DNA of 64,000 nucleotides, taken from assembly GCA_048501115.1 (NCBI GenBank), contig DBFRZS010000024.1, forward strand, positions 1,025-65,024. The letters are read 5' to 3'. Within the stretch, counting starts at the first letter, position 1; each line of letters opens with the position of its first letter. Below, one piece after another: positions 7,533 through 16,339 of the stretch. Source of the DNA: Collinsella aerofaciens (GTDB lineage Bacteria > Actinomycetota > Coriobacteriia > Coriobacteriales > Coriobacteriaceae). The position numbers were made by a program, and so were the translations under genes. The notes beneath the pieces were generated by a model. That model saw only the letters and a program-made list of their open reading frames with translations. It made no database searches and was not told the origin of the DNA.

Positions 7533-9530
7533 CTACTGCAGGTCCAGCTGGTCCAGGTATTCCTTGCCGTGCTCGGAGATATGGCGCTTGCGGCCTGCCT
7601 CGTCGTTGCCAAGCAAAAGGTTGAACATGGTTTCCATCTTGGTGACGTCCTCGGGCTCCACCTTGATCAGGCGGCGCGTCTCGGGGTTCATGGTGGTGAG
7701 CCACATCATGTCCGGATCGTTCTCACCAAGACCCTTGGAGCGGTTGATCGAGCACTTTTGGTCGCCGATCTCCTTAAGGATGCCGTTCTTCTCGAGCTCG
7801 GTGTAGGCAAAGTAGGTCTTCTCTTTGCAGTTGATCTCGTAGAGCGGCGACTCGGCGATATACACGTAGCCCTCGTCGATAAGCGTGGGCACCAGACGAT
7901 AGAGCATGGTGAGCACGAGCGTGCGGATGTGATAACCGTCGACGTCGGCGTCCGTACAGATGATGACCTTGTTCCAGTTGAGGTTGTCCAGGTCAAAGGC
8001 GCCCAGGTTCTTGATGCGCTTGTCCTTGATCTCCACACCGCAGCCCAGCACGCGCATAAGGTCCATGATGATGTCGGACTTAAAGATGCGCGGATAATCC
8101 TCCTTCAGGCAGTTGAGGATCTTACCGCGGACGGGCATAACGCCCTGGAACTCGGCATCGCGCGAGGTGCGAATGGCGCCTGCTGCCGAGTCGCCCTCTA
8201 CGATGTAGATCTCGCGACGGTTCTTGTCCTTGGAGCGGCAGTCGATGAACTTCTGCACGCGGTTGGCCATATCGGTCTTCTGCTGCAGGTTGGTTTTGAT
8301 GCTCTGGCGCGTCTTCTCGGCGTTCTCGCGCGAGCGCTTGTTGATGAGCACCTGCTCCATGATCTTGTTGGCGGCGTCCTTGTTCTCGATCAAGTAGGTC
8401 GAGAGGCGCTCCTTAAAGAAGGCAGTCATGGCCTGCTGGATAAAGCGGTTATTGATGGCCTTCTTGGTCTGGTTTTCGTAGGACGTTTGGGTGGAGAAGC
8501 AGTTGGTCACAAGCACCAGGCAGTCTTGGACGTCTTGCCACTTAATGCCGCTCTCGTTTTTGTTGTACTTGCCCTGCTGCTTAATGTAGGCATCGATGGC
8601 ACTGGTCAGAGCGCTACGGGCCGCTTTCTCGGGCGAGCCGCCGTTCTCGAGCCACGATGAGTTGTGGTAGTACTCCTGCATCATGAAGGTGCGCGAGAAG
8701 CACATGCACGCGGTGATTTTTACGTTGTAATCGGGCAGGTCCTCGCGATCGCGACCGCGACGGTCGGCCTCGATAAAGAAGGGCTCGGTAAGGTAGTCGG
8801 TGCCGACCTTCTCGAGCACGTAGTCCTCGATGCCCTTGGGGTAGCAAAAGTCCTCTTCGGAAAACTCGCCATCGTCGCCCTCGATGCGCAGACGGAAGGT
8901 CACGTTGGCGTTGACCACGGCCTGACGGCGCATGGTCTCGCGATACCAATCGTGGGGAATGCTAATCGAGGTAAAGACCTCAAGATCGGGGCGCCACTTG
9001 ATAGTGGTGCCGGTGCGGTTCTCGTCGCTGGGCTCAATCTCGAGTGCCTTCTTCTTGGCGCCGACAACCTTGCCCTTCTTAAAGTGTAAGGAGTACTTGT
9101 TACCGTCACGCCAGACGGTAACGTCCATGTACTCGGAAGCGTACTGGGTCGCGCACGAGCCCAGGCCGTTGGTGCCGAGCGAGAAGTCGTAGTCGCCGCC
9201 CTGGTTGTTATTGTATTTGCCGCCGGCGTAGAGCTCACAAAAGACGAGCTCCCAGTTAAAGCGCTTCTCGGAAGGGTTCCAGTCGAGCGGGCAGCCACGG
9301 CCATTGTCCTCTACCTGAATGGAGCCATCGCGAAAGGCGGTAAGGGTGATGAGCTTGCCGTAGCCCTGGCGCGCCTCGTCAACGGCGTTGGACAGGATCT
9401 CGAAGGCGGCATGTGCGCAGCCGTCGAGCCCGTCCGAGCCAAAGATGACGGCGGGACGCAGGCGTACGCGCTCCTCGTCCTTGAGCTGGCGGATACTGTC
9501 GTTACCATAGTTTGCGGTGTTTTTTGCCAT
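7533..9530 (-). CDS. Type IIA DNA topoisomerase subunit B (gyrase/topo IV B-family)
   Basis: 665 aa. GHKL ATPase start (IRQLKDEERVRLRPAVIFGS..., EILSNAVDE), Toprim EIYIVEGDSAGG-like (YIVEGDSAAG) and TDADVDGYHI motifs. Directly upstream of the A subunit. Confidence 0.9.
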   Translation of the reverse strand: MAKNTANYGNDSIRQLKDEERVRLRPAVIFGSDGLDGCAHAAFEILSNAVDEARQGYGKLITLTAFRDGSIQVEDNGRGCPLDWNPSEKRFNWELVFCELYAGGKYNNNQGGDYDFSLGTNGLGSCATQYASEYMDVTVWRDGNKYSLHFKKGKVVGAKKKALEIEPSDENRTGTTIKWRPDLEVFTSISIPHDWYRETMRRQAVVNANVTFRLRIEGDDGEFSEEDFCYPKGIEDYVLEKVGTDYLTEPFFIEADRRGRDREDLPDYNVKITACMCFSRTFMMQEYYHNSSWLENGGSPEKAARSALTSAIDAYIKQQGKYNKNESGIKWQDVQDCLVLVTNCFSTQTSYENQTKKAINNRFIQQAMTAFFKERLSTYLIENKDAANKIMEQVLINKRSRENAEKTRQSIKTNLQQKTDMANRVQKFIDCRSKDKNRREIYIVEGDSAAGAIRTSRDAEFQGVMPVRGKILNCLKEDYPRIFKSDIIMDLMRVLGCGVEIKDKRIKNLGAFDLDNLNWNKVIICTDADVDGYHIRTLVLTMLYRLVPTLIDEGYVYIAESPLYEINCKEKTYFAYTELEKNGILKEIGDQKCSINRSKGLGENDPDMMWLTTMNPETRRLIKVEPEDVTKMETMFNLLLGNDEAGRKRHISEHGKEYLDQLDLQ

Positions 9531-9772
9531 ACTCGCTCTCTCGGTGCTCCCTTGCTGCGTTTAAGTCATATAGATAGTCAAGGTAGCATAGCCCAGCCCA
9601 CAGACGATTCCAACCAACACGAAATCCATCGAACAATCGTTCGGAGTTCGATGGAGATTCGTTTACTCGGACAAAACCGAGTCGGTTCTGTCCGAGTAAG
9701 CTTGAATAGCGAATCGAAAATGTTATGTCCGCATGGCGATGACGAATATGGTTTTCATAATGACAGATATAG

Positions 9773-9801
9773 TTGACATTACCTGATGGATGCAATATAT
9801 T
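9773..9801 (+). promoter_or_regulatory. Sigma-70-type promoter for the XRE gene, bracketed by an inverted repeat
   Basis: TTGACA (9773-9778), 17-nt spacer, TATATT (9796-9801). ATGACAGATAT / ATATTTCTGTCAT arms flank and overlap the -10. Confidence 0.6.
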
Positions 9802-9849
9802 TCTGTCATGTTGCAACGGATATCTGTCCATTACTACGAAAGGAACTCC

Positions 9850-10080
9850 ATGCCGGGCAAAAAGAACCTACGCATGAAGGCGGCGCGCGCGGCGGTTGGC
9901 CTTTCGCAAGTTGACTTGGCCGAGGCCGTGGGCGTTACGCGCCAGACCATCGGCCTTATCGAGGCGGGCGGCTACAACCCCACGCTCAACTTGTGTGTGG
10001 CAATCTGTAAAGCGCTGCGCGTTACGTTGAACGACTTGTTTTGGGAAGACAAAATCGAAGCCGGCCCTAACGCTCTTTAG
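9850..10080 (+). CDS. XRE-family helix-turn-helix transcriptional regulator (YozG-like, 76 aa)
   Basis: ATG at 9850 after GAAAGGAA. LSQVDLAEAVGVTRQTIGLIEAGGYNPTLNLCVAICKAL is a classic Cro/C1 HTH. Confidence 0.85.
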   Translation: MPGKKNLRMKAARAAVGLSQVDLAEAVGVTRQTIGLIEAGGYNPTLNLCVAICKALRVTLNDLFWEDKIEAGPNAL

Positions 10081-10089
10081 GAGTCCACT

Positions 10090-10674
10090 ATGAAATTTGA
10101 AGATTTAAAACTCGTGCAAAAGTGGCGTGAATATGCCGGCCCAAAGGATGAGCGCCTGGAAGCTGAGAGCGCAAAAATCTACAAGATTGGTTTCGTGCTG
10201 CTTTCGTTTGGCATGCTGATGATCTTTTTCTACCAGTTTATAGCTCGACAGGTTGCGTGGGTTCACAGCGACGCCAGTGAAATGCCGCAAGGCTTTGCAA
10301 CGCCGTTCGAGGCAGCCATGTATTTGTGGTTCGTTCTCGTGATGTTGATTTGCGCAGGACTGCAAACGCGGAAGGGCTATGTCGATACCAATCGTTTTGG
10401 GCAAACCGAGCATCTTCCTGTTGGATATTTCCTGCTTGTCAGCGGTCTTAGCGGCACCGCGTTCGCGCTTGTTATTGCTGCAATGCGCTGTATCGCTGAG
10501 GCGCAGATCGTACCGCTCGAAAGTGTCTTTTGGTTGGCGAATCTGGCCACGGGCGTGTTCTGCGGTGCGACGATTTTCGCGGCCACGTTTGCTGTCCTGT
10601 GCGCAACGTTTTTCACGGCGAAAAGACGCCGTGCCAAGCTCGAGGCAGAACTCGACTCCTCTGACGACATCTAA
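10090..10674 (+). CDS. Hypothetical membrane protein (4 predicted TM segments) co-transcribed with the XRE regulator
   Basis: Starts 10 nt after the XRE stop. Has long hydrophobic stretches. No recognisable catalytic motif. Confidence 0.6.
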   Translation: MKFEDLKLVQKWREYAGPKDERLEAESAKIYKIGFVLLSFGMLMIFFYQFIARQVAWVHSDASEMPQGFATPFEAAMYLWFVLVMLICAGLQTRKGYVDTNRFGQTEHLPVGYFLLVSGLSGTAFALVIAAMRCIAEAQIVPLESVFWLANLATGVFCGATIFAATFAVLCATFFTAKRRRAKLEAELDSSDDI

Positions 10675-10679
10675 TGCGG

Positions 10680-10718
10680 AATGGGCTGGCTCTGGGTATC
10701 CAGAACCAGCCCATTTTG
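10680..10718. terminator. Bidirectional terminator hairpin between convergent genes
   Basis: AATGGGCTGGCTCTGG-gtat-CCAGAACCAGCCCATT followed by TTTGAT. Confidence 0.6.
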
Positions 10719-10764
10719 ATGTTCGATGAGCCGAGTCGGCGTCTCTCGTAAAAGCAACTAGGAG

Positions 10765-13700
10765 CTAGCGAGGCTCATCCGAATTGTCCTCATCGGCGGT
10801 GTCTTTTTCGAGTGCCGTGCGGCGGGCGCTGTAGGCGATAAGGCCGGCGCCTGCCGCGGCGAGTGCTGCAGCGGCTGCCGTCAGGGGGACGTTGACATCG
10901 CCCGTGCCCGCAAGCGCGCCCGCTTTTCCGGAGCGCTTGTTATTGCCGTGGTCCTTGCCACTGCTGGAGTTACTTCCGCCGGAGCCGCCACTCGAGCCGC
11001 CACCGCCGTCTGCTGTCATCGGGGCGTCGTGAAGTCCTGTCGTATCCGCGCTGCCGCATAAGCCGACCTGAACTTCCGAGCGCTCGCATGCCGCGTCGGG
11101 CACATGAAGTTCGTGCAGTACGGCATCCAGCGCCGAGTTTGCACCCGGTCGAATTTCCTCGAGCGTTACGGGATCGAGCGCCACCAGATTACGCGCTTTC
11201 GCATACAGCGTTACGCGTTTGCCCACTTCGTCGCTCCAGCTCTCGGGGATGGCGAAGCTCATGCGGAACTGTGCCGTGCAACCCGGTGCCAGCACGGCGT
11301 TGCCGTTGTCGGCTACCAGCGGGTGCGTTGCAAAACGTGCGCCCAGCGTCTCGAGCGCGTACTTCACGTGCGCCATGTCGTTGGCCGAAGCGTCCTCGGC
11401 AAGCTCTGGATCGTAGATCGAAGCCATGCGTGCGTTCACTCCGAATCCGATGGATGCGCTGGAGAACGGCTGGCTGGAGCCCTCTCGGTACAGATCGATC
11501 GCGCCGGCGGTCAGTAAGGTGTTGCCGTCGTTTCGCACCGTGACCATGAAGGATTCGCCTGCTGCTCCGGGCACCACCGCGCCCGAGGTAGCGACCGCGC
11601 CCGTCGGAGTGGCACACGCCACCAAGGGCACTTCGATGCCGTGCAGCTCTGCCTCGCTCTTCTCCGCGCTCACAATGTGCGTGGCGAGCGCGGAGAGCAT
11701 GCTCCCCGACGTCAAAAATGTCGTTATCTGATCGACGGGATGGTCCAGCTCGCACATCACGAACGGCTCCGTAAACAGATCGCCTGCCAAGGTGCTGGCG
11801 AAGGTGCGGAAGTGCTTGCCCATCACTGCTACCGGGTTGCCTTCTTCGTCGTAGGTTTGTCCCACCTTACCATCGGTGTTCTCTACATAGAGCACGCACC
11901 TGCCGTTGTTGCTTACGCTAAACGATGCCGGGCCACAGCCTGCGGCACCCACGGGCTGCGTTGCAAATGCCGATGCGCCTCGTGCCCAAGTAATATGCTG
12001 CAGTTGCTCGTTGACGGTAGCCAAAAAGCCCGTGTGCTGCGGCCACGGCACCGCGTGGGGTACTGTGGCATCTGGCGACATAACGCCCCAGCCCGCAATG
12101 GACTGGCCGATCACGGCGTACGATGCACAGCCACAACCGCCTGCAGTCTCGTATGCAACGGGCACCACCATTTTGCCGTTGATATTCTCGGGCGCGCCGA
12201 GCTCGATGCTCGACGGTGCCTGCGGAAAGCGGAGGACCTGACGGAACGTGAGACTGTCGCCCGAAACGTCCGACCACAGGGTAAAGCACTCCAGCGCAAC
12301 CTCAGCCTCGCTGCCGAGCGCCTTTTCTGCGGTGGTTCCGCGGCGGTGGAGGTAGGCGCCCGACAGGCGCCCGTCGACAAGTGTCTTGCCCACCGTGATG
12401 CGTGGGCACTGCAGGCAATGGTAGCCATCCTCCTGAAGGCGGCCGCGCGAGATGCTGCGCCACGACGTGTGCGATATCACGCGAACTCCGTCGTTGCTTA
12501 TGCGCAGGCGCACAACGGACAGTATGCCGGATGTGCTCGCCGTATCGAAAAGGGTGTCGTCGCCGTCACGCCGCTCGCCCGAGACCAGCAACACGTAGGC
12601 GTCCTGGTTTCCTCTTCCGTCCGTATATTCCACCACGTCGAAGTCGTAATCGTATATGCCGTCGCGCTCCACGTCGCCCTCGCCAAAGCCCAGGGGGAAG
12701 TCCACGGGCGTGGGAGCAGACCACGTGCCGTTCGTCTTTGTATGTACCACCAGGCGCGAGCGGCCATTCTCGCCGTAGCGCACCGAGGCGATACGGAATA
12801 GGCACTCCATGCCGGCAATCATCGTTAGCCTCATGTGGGCTTCGCTGAGCACGCCGGAAAACAGCACGTTGTCGCTCGAGGGCTTGATACCGCCACGCTC
12901 GTCCTCCGACACGCCGGCAGAATTGGCGTTCGGGTCGGCAACGGTGTTCGTTGCCTGACCGATATAGGTGTACTCATACATCGGCGCGGCGTTTTCGTCG
13001 TTCTCTATCAGTGTATGGACGAAATGCTCGATCTGTCCCTTGTCGTCGCTTTCTGCATCCGCCTCGAGCTCAATGCGCGTGACCGACCGGTCCCAATCGC
13101 GTACGGTAGGCGCGACGTTTACGGCAGTGGCCTTAACCTCGGCGCGTGCGAGCAGCTCAGCGTTGGTGACGATGGTGGCCGATGCGATGAATTGCGGCAC
13201 GCCGCCCGCCTCGGCGTTGCCGGCCGTGCCGAAGCGGGCATCCAACGTGTAAGGCGTATCTCCACCCAATGCGAGCTCAGAGCGCTGGAGCACATACTGG
13301 TTGCCATTGTTCACCGACATATTCCACGAATCGAGGAGTGTGGGCCACGACCCCGACCAAGCCTTGGTGGTCCACTTGAACATTACGAACTGGAGTATCA
13401 CATCGACATCGACGTCTGCACCCACGCGCAGCCGCGGAAGCTGGTGCCCGTCCGCCTTCTCGTACCCAATGAACAGGGTGAGGGATGCGGCGCCGCGCAC
13501 GGCAGACGAAGCGACGCCTGCAACGCCGGCGCCAAAGGTGACGGCAAGTCCGATCTGGATAGTGAATGAGCCCGACGTGTTGGAATAGTCGAGCGAAATG
13601 TTCTTGAAAAACGCCGCGCCGCTGCCGTGCGTGTGGGCACCCACGGCGAGCGCCAGCTTCGCCAGCACCCAGGGGTTGACGTTTAGGAAAAACGGCACCG

Positions 13701-15111
13701 GTCCTAGGGTAAACTGCTCGGTCCAATTGAGGTCGGTTCTTACCTGGAAGAGGGCCTTAATATTGCCGTATGCGGGGTCGTTGTTGTTACCCCAGGTTTT
13801 GCCCACCCAATCGTAGGCGAGCGAGCCGTACAGCTGTGTGGCGATATCCATCGTAAACAGCAGCGTGCAGTGGTGACGAAGCAGCTTGGTGTTTCTTGGA
13901 TCGGTGCCCGAACCGGCACTCATGCTCTTGTACTGATTCCACTTCCCCTCCATTTCGTCGAGGTAGCGGTTTGCCTGCTTGGCGCCCGACTCGCGCGGCG
14001 ATTTCTTCCAGTATTCCGGATCCGGATTGCCCGAATCGTTCATGTAGCCGACCGGTTTGTATCCTCCGCCAAACAGCACGTATCCGGCAAACGAGAAATC
14101 GAACAAAATGGGGAACGAGGGCATCCAGCACGTGAACTTATTGCCGCCGATGCCGGGAAACGCCGCCGGGAAATCAAACGGAGTAATCCCTTGGTCCATG
14201 GTGGTGGGGACGATAGTGGTCGAGCCCGATTCCGCCTTTGCGGCCGGCGCGGTGACAACGGCCATGGGGGAGGAGAGCGTATAGGTTTTGCCCTGATAGT
14301 CGAGGACAAAGCGCAGCTTGCATCCTTCCTCCAGAAGGCCCGAAGCTGCATCGAGGAACGTGTCTTCAAGCGTGAACGTTGCCAGATTATCCGAACCCGA
14401 TGCACTGGCCTTGACTTGGCCAATCTGCGTGACGGTTTCGGGTGAGCTGCTCGTGGAGGGCATTACCTTGTTGATGTGCAGCGTTGCCTGTCCACCCTGT
14501 GGCAGATGCGCCTGCACGGTAAAGGCATGCGTATCGGCCTGCTCGTTTGCCGTGTCGTCCTTCGGCATTGCCATAAACGTGGCATCGGCGTACTGGATGT
14601 CCCATTCGTCGAATGTGAGCTGGCGGAAGTACGGCTCGCCATCGGAGCGCGGACGCGTGGGCGCGGTTATGGCGGTGCCGCCCTGGATACGCGCAAGGGG
14701 AATCTCGACATCACGGTAACCCGCCATGCTAATGGAAATGCCGCCGTTAAAGTCGTACGCGTCGAGAAGTGTTGCCTCGTCCACGTAGCCTTCCGAAAGA
14801 GAGGCGATCTCAAAGATGGCCGTGCCCTCGTCGTCGGTCGTGGCGGAGAGCTGCTTGCCCGCGGCATAACGCGACGCAAGCGTGACCTGGGCTCCCTTGA
14901 TGGGCGTATTCTTGTTGGCGACGTCGACCACGACCACACCAAACATGGTGCGCGAGAGAACGAGCACCTTGAAGGGGTCTTCTTCGTCGGCATAGGCTTC
15001 GGTGGGCGCGAACGGCAATATGAAGGCGTTTGCGCTTCCCGGCACGCGCGGCAACATAATGCTCGCCAGCGAGGACGCTCCGGCAACAAGTAACGAACGG
15101 CGATCAAGCAT
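10765..15111 (-). CDS. Very large secreted cell-wall-anchored protein (Tat-type signal, LAxTG sortase signal), function unknown
   Basis: Start taken at MLDRRSLLVAGASSLASIMLPRVPGSANA (twin-Arg signal; ATG 15109-15111). The C-terminus has a Gly/Ser linker, LAGTG, a hydrophobic stretch AAAAALAAAGAGLIAY and then SARR. Confidence 0.8.
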   Translation of the reverse strand: MLDRRSLLVAGASSLASIMLPRVPGSANAFILPFAPTEAYADEEDPFKVLVLSRTMFGVVVVDVANKNTPIKGAQVTLASRYAAGKQLSATTDDEGTAIFEIASLSEGYVDEATLLDAYDFNGGISISMAGYRDVEIPLARIQGGTAITAPTRPRSDGEPYFRQLTFDEWDIQYADATFMAMPKDDTANEQADTHAFTVQAHLPQGGQATLHINKVMPSTSSSPETVTQIGQVKASASGSDNLATFTLEDTFLDAASGLLEEGCKLRFVLDYQGKTYTLSSPMAVVTAPAAKAESGSTTIVPTTMDQGITPFDFPAAFPGIGGNKFTCWMPSFPILFDFSFAGYVLFGGGYKPVGYMNDSGNPDPEYWKKSPRESGAKQANRYLDEMEGKWNQYKSMSAGSGTDPRNTKLLRHHCTLLFTMDIATQLYGSLAYDWVGKTWGNNNDPAYGNIKALFQVRTDLNWTEQFTLGPVPFFLNVNPWVLAKLALAVGAHTHGSGAAFFKNISLDYSNTSGSFTIQIGLAVTFGAGVAGVASSAVRGAASLTLFIGYEKADGHQLPRLRVGADVDVDVILQFVMFKWTTKAWSGSWPTLLDSWNMSVNNGNQYVLQRSELALGGDTPYTLDARFGTAGNAEAGGVPQFIASATIVTNAELLARAEVKATAVNVAPTVRDWDRSVTRIELEADAESDDKGQIEHFVHTLIENDENAAPMYEYTYIGQATNTVADPNANSAGVSEDERGGIKPSSDNVLFSGVLSEAHMRLTMIAGMECLFRIASVRYGENGRSRLVVHTKTNGTWSAPTPVDFPLGFGEGDVERDGIYDYDFDVVEYTDGRGNQDAYVLLVSGERRDGDDTLFDTASTSGILSVVRLRISNDGVRVISHTSWRSISRGRLQEDGYHCLQCPRITVGKTLVDGRLSGAYLHRRGTTAEKALGSEAEVALECFTLWSDVSGDSLTFRQVLRFPQAPSSIELGAPENINGKMVVPVAYETAGGCGCASYAVIGQSIAGWGVMSPDATVPHAVPWPQHTGFLATVNEQLQHITWARGASAFATQPVGAAGCGPASFSVSNNGRCVLYVENTDGKVGQTYDEEGNPVAVMGKHFRTFASTLAGDLFTEPFVMCELDHPVDQITTFLTSGSMLSALATHIVSAEKSEAELHGIEVPLVACATPTGAVATSGAVVPGAAGESFMVTVRNDGNTLLTAGAIDLYREGSSQPFSSASIGFGVNARMASIYDPELAEDASANDMAHVKYALETLGARFATHPLVADNGNAVLAPGCTAQFRMSFAIPESWSDEVGKRVTLYAKARNLVALDPVTLEEIRPGANSALDAVLHELHVPDAACERSEVQVGLCGSADTTGLHDAPMTADGGGGSSGGSGGSNSSSGKDHGNNKRSGKAGALAGTGDVNVPLTAAAAALAAAGAGLIAYSARRTALEKDTADEDNSDEPR

Positions 15112-15267
15112 CTTTGGCTCCCATCCCGCAGGTATCGGTGGAAATAATCCAATTTTGCGAGAAGGCGCCACGTGGCGGTAGTGCCATTCAAGGGTCAAAA
15201 TGTCCAAATTGATTGAGCGAAGCGCCGGGGTTCCGAAACGCGTTCGATGCGCTCGGCAGCTCGGTCG

Positions 15268-16299
15268 CTAACGCAACATATGCGCGACTAGCTCGGCGCG
15301 TGTGCCGATGCCAAGCTTTGCGTATACGCCGGATAGGCGGTTTTTAACGGTGCCCGGCGACACACCCATATGACGAGCGATTTCGGCGTTGGTCCATCCA
15401 CGGCAGGCGAGCATGGCCATGGTGAACTCTGTGGTCGTTAGATCGTCGGCCACGTCCTCGCCCGAATCGGGGTTGTGGATGCGCCGCCAGCCGTAGCTGA
15501 AGCGGTACGTGATCTCGATGATGCGCGCGAAGTCGTCAGGGTATTGCGTTTTTAGGCATGCCTCGATAAGCCCCTGTAAAAGGCCGTGATGCTCGCCAAT
15601 GAGCTCAATAAGGCCGTCGGGACGCGCAATGTTCCAAGCAACTCCGAAGTGCGTTTTTGCGGCGTCGATGTCCTTGAGGCTCATGCATGCCATGGAAGCT
15701 GCCAGGTGCAGGAACAGTTCCGAGATCGGATAGTTCCCTTGTTTCATGATCAGGGCGTTTTCCGCCATGCCCAGACTGCGGCCATATTCGCCGCGCAGGT
15801 ACAGGGCATGCGCCATCACGTAGCTGGCGAACAGGCGCAGGCCTTCGGGCAGATGCGCCGCAAGCGGATAAAACTCTTCGGCAGAATACGGGGAAGACAA
15901 GTGCAGCAGGACGCTTGCGGCCGAGGCGAACAGGATATGCGTGGCGTGGACGGCGGGTGATTCCTCGTCAGTTGGCGTATCGAGGATGCCCGCAAGACAA
16001 CGGCGGGCGTCGGCGATACGGTTGAGCGACAGACTGGCGTATCCGCAGATAAAGCATGCGGAATAGCGCAGTGCGGAATCGGTGGCGTCAAGATAGGGGC
16101 GCGCCGTCTTGGCAGCGAGGGCGGCCTGTCCGCGAAAGTACAGCGCTTCTGCCATGGCGATGGTGCGTGAATCGGGGTCGGAAATGCCTGCAACCGCAGC
16201 GTCAATCTGCCCCGGCACAAAGGCGGTGCACATCAACGGCATGGGAACGCATGGGTAGCCATCGCAGTCCATCTTCCATCTCCCAACAGCTGGCAACAA
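15268..16299 (-). CDS. LuxR-family transcriptional regulator
   Basis: C-terminal LuxR/GerE HTH: TTTEFTMAMLACRGWTNAEIARHMGVSPGTVKNRLSGVYAKLGIGTRAELV. Exact start uncertain. Confidence 0.8.
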   Translation of the reverse strand: MLPAVGRWKMDCDGYPCVPMPLMCTAFVPGQIDAAVAGISDPDSRTIAMAEALYFRGQAALAAKTARPYLDATDSALRYSACFICGYASLSLNRIADARRCLAGILDTPTDEESPAVHATHILFASAASVLLHLSSPYSAEEFYPLAAHLPEGLRLFASYVMAHALYLRGEYGRSLGMAENALIMKQGNYPISELFLHLAASMACMSLKDIDAAKTHFGVAWNIARPDGLIELIGEHHGLLQGLIEACLKTQYPDDFARIIEITYRFSYGWRRIHNPDSGEDVADDLTTTEFTMAMLACRGWTNAEIARHMGVSPGTVKNRLSGVYAKLGIGTRAELVAHMLR

Positions 16300-16339
16300 T
16301 GCAGCAATTGTACTCCTGTTGCTCGGGACCCCTTTCGTT

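Noticed and set aside
5802-8660. 952-aa plus-strand ORF spanning both topoisomerase genes.
   Set aside because: It lies antisense to two genes with unmistakable GyrA/GyrB-family motifs. Its translation is low-complexity (L/V/D/G/A-rich), which is typical of shadow ORFs in GC-rich DNA.
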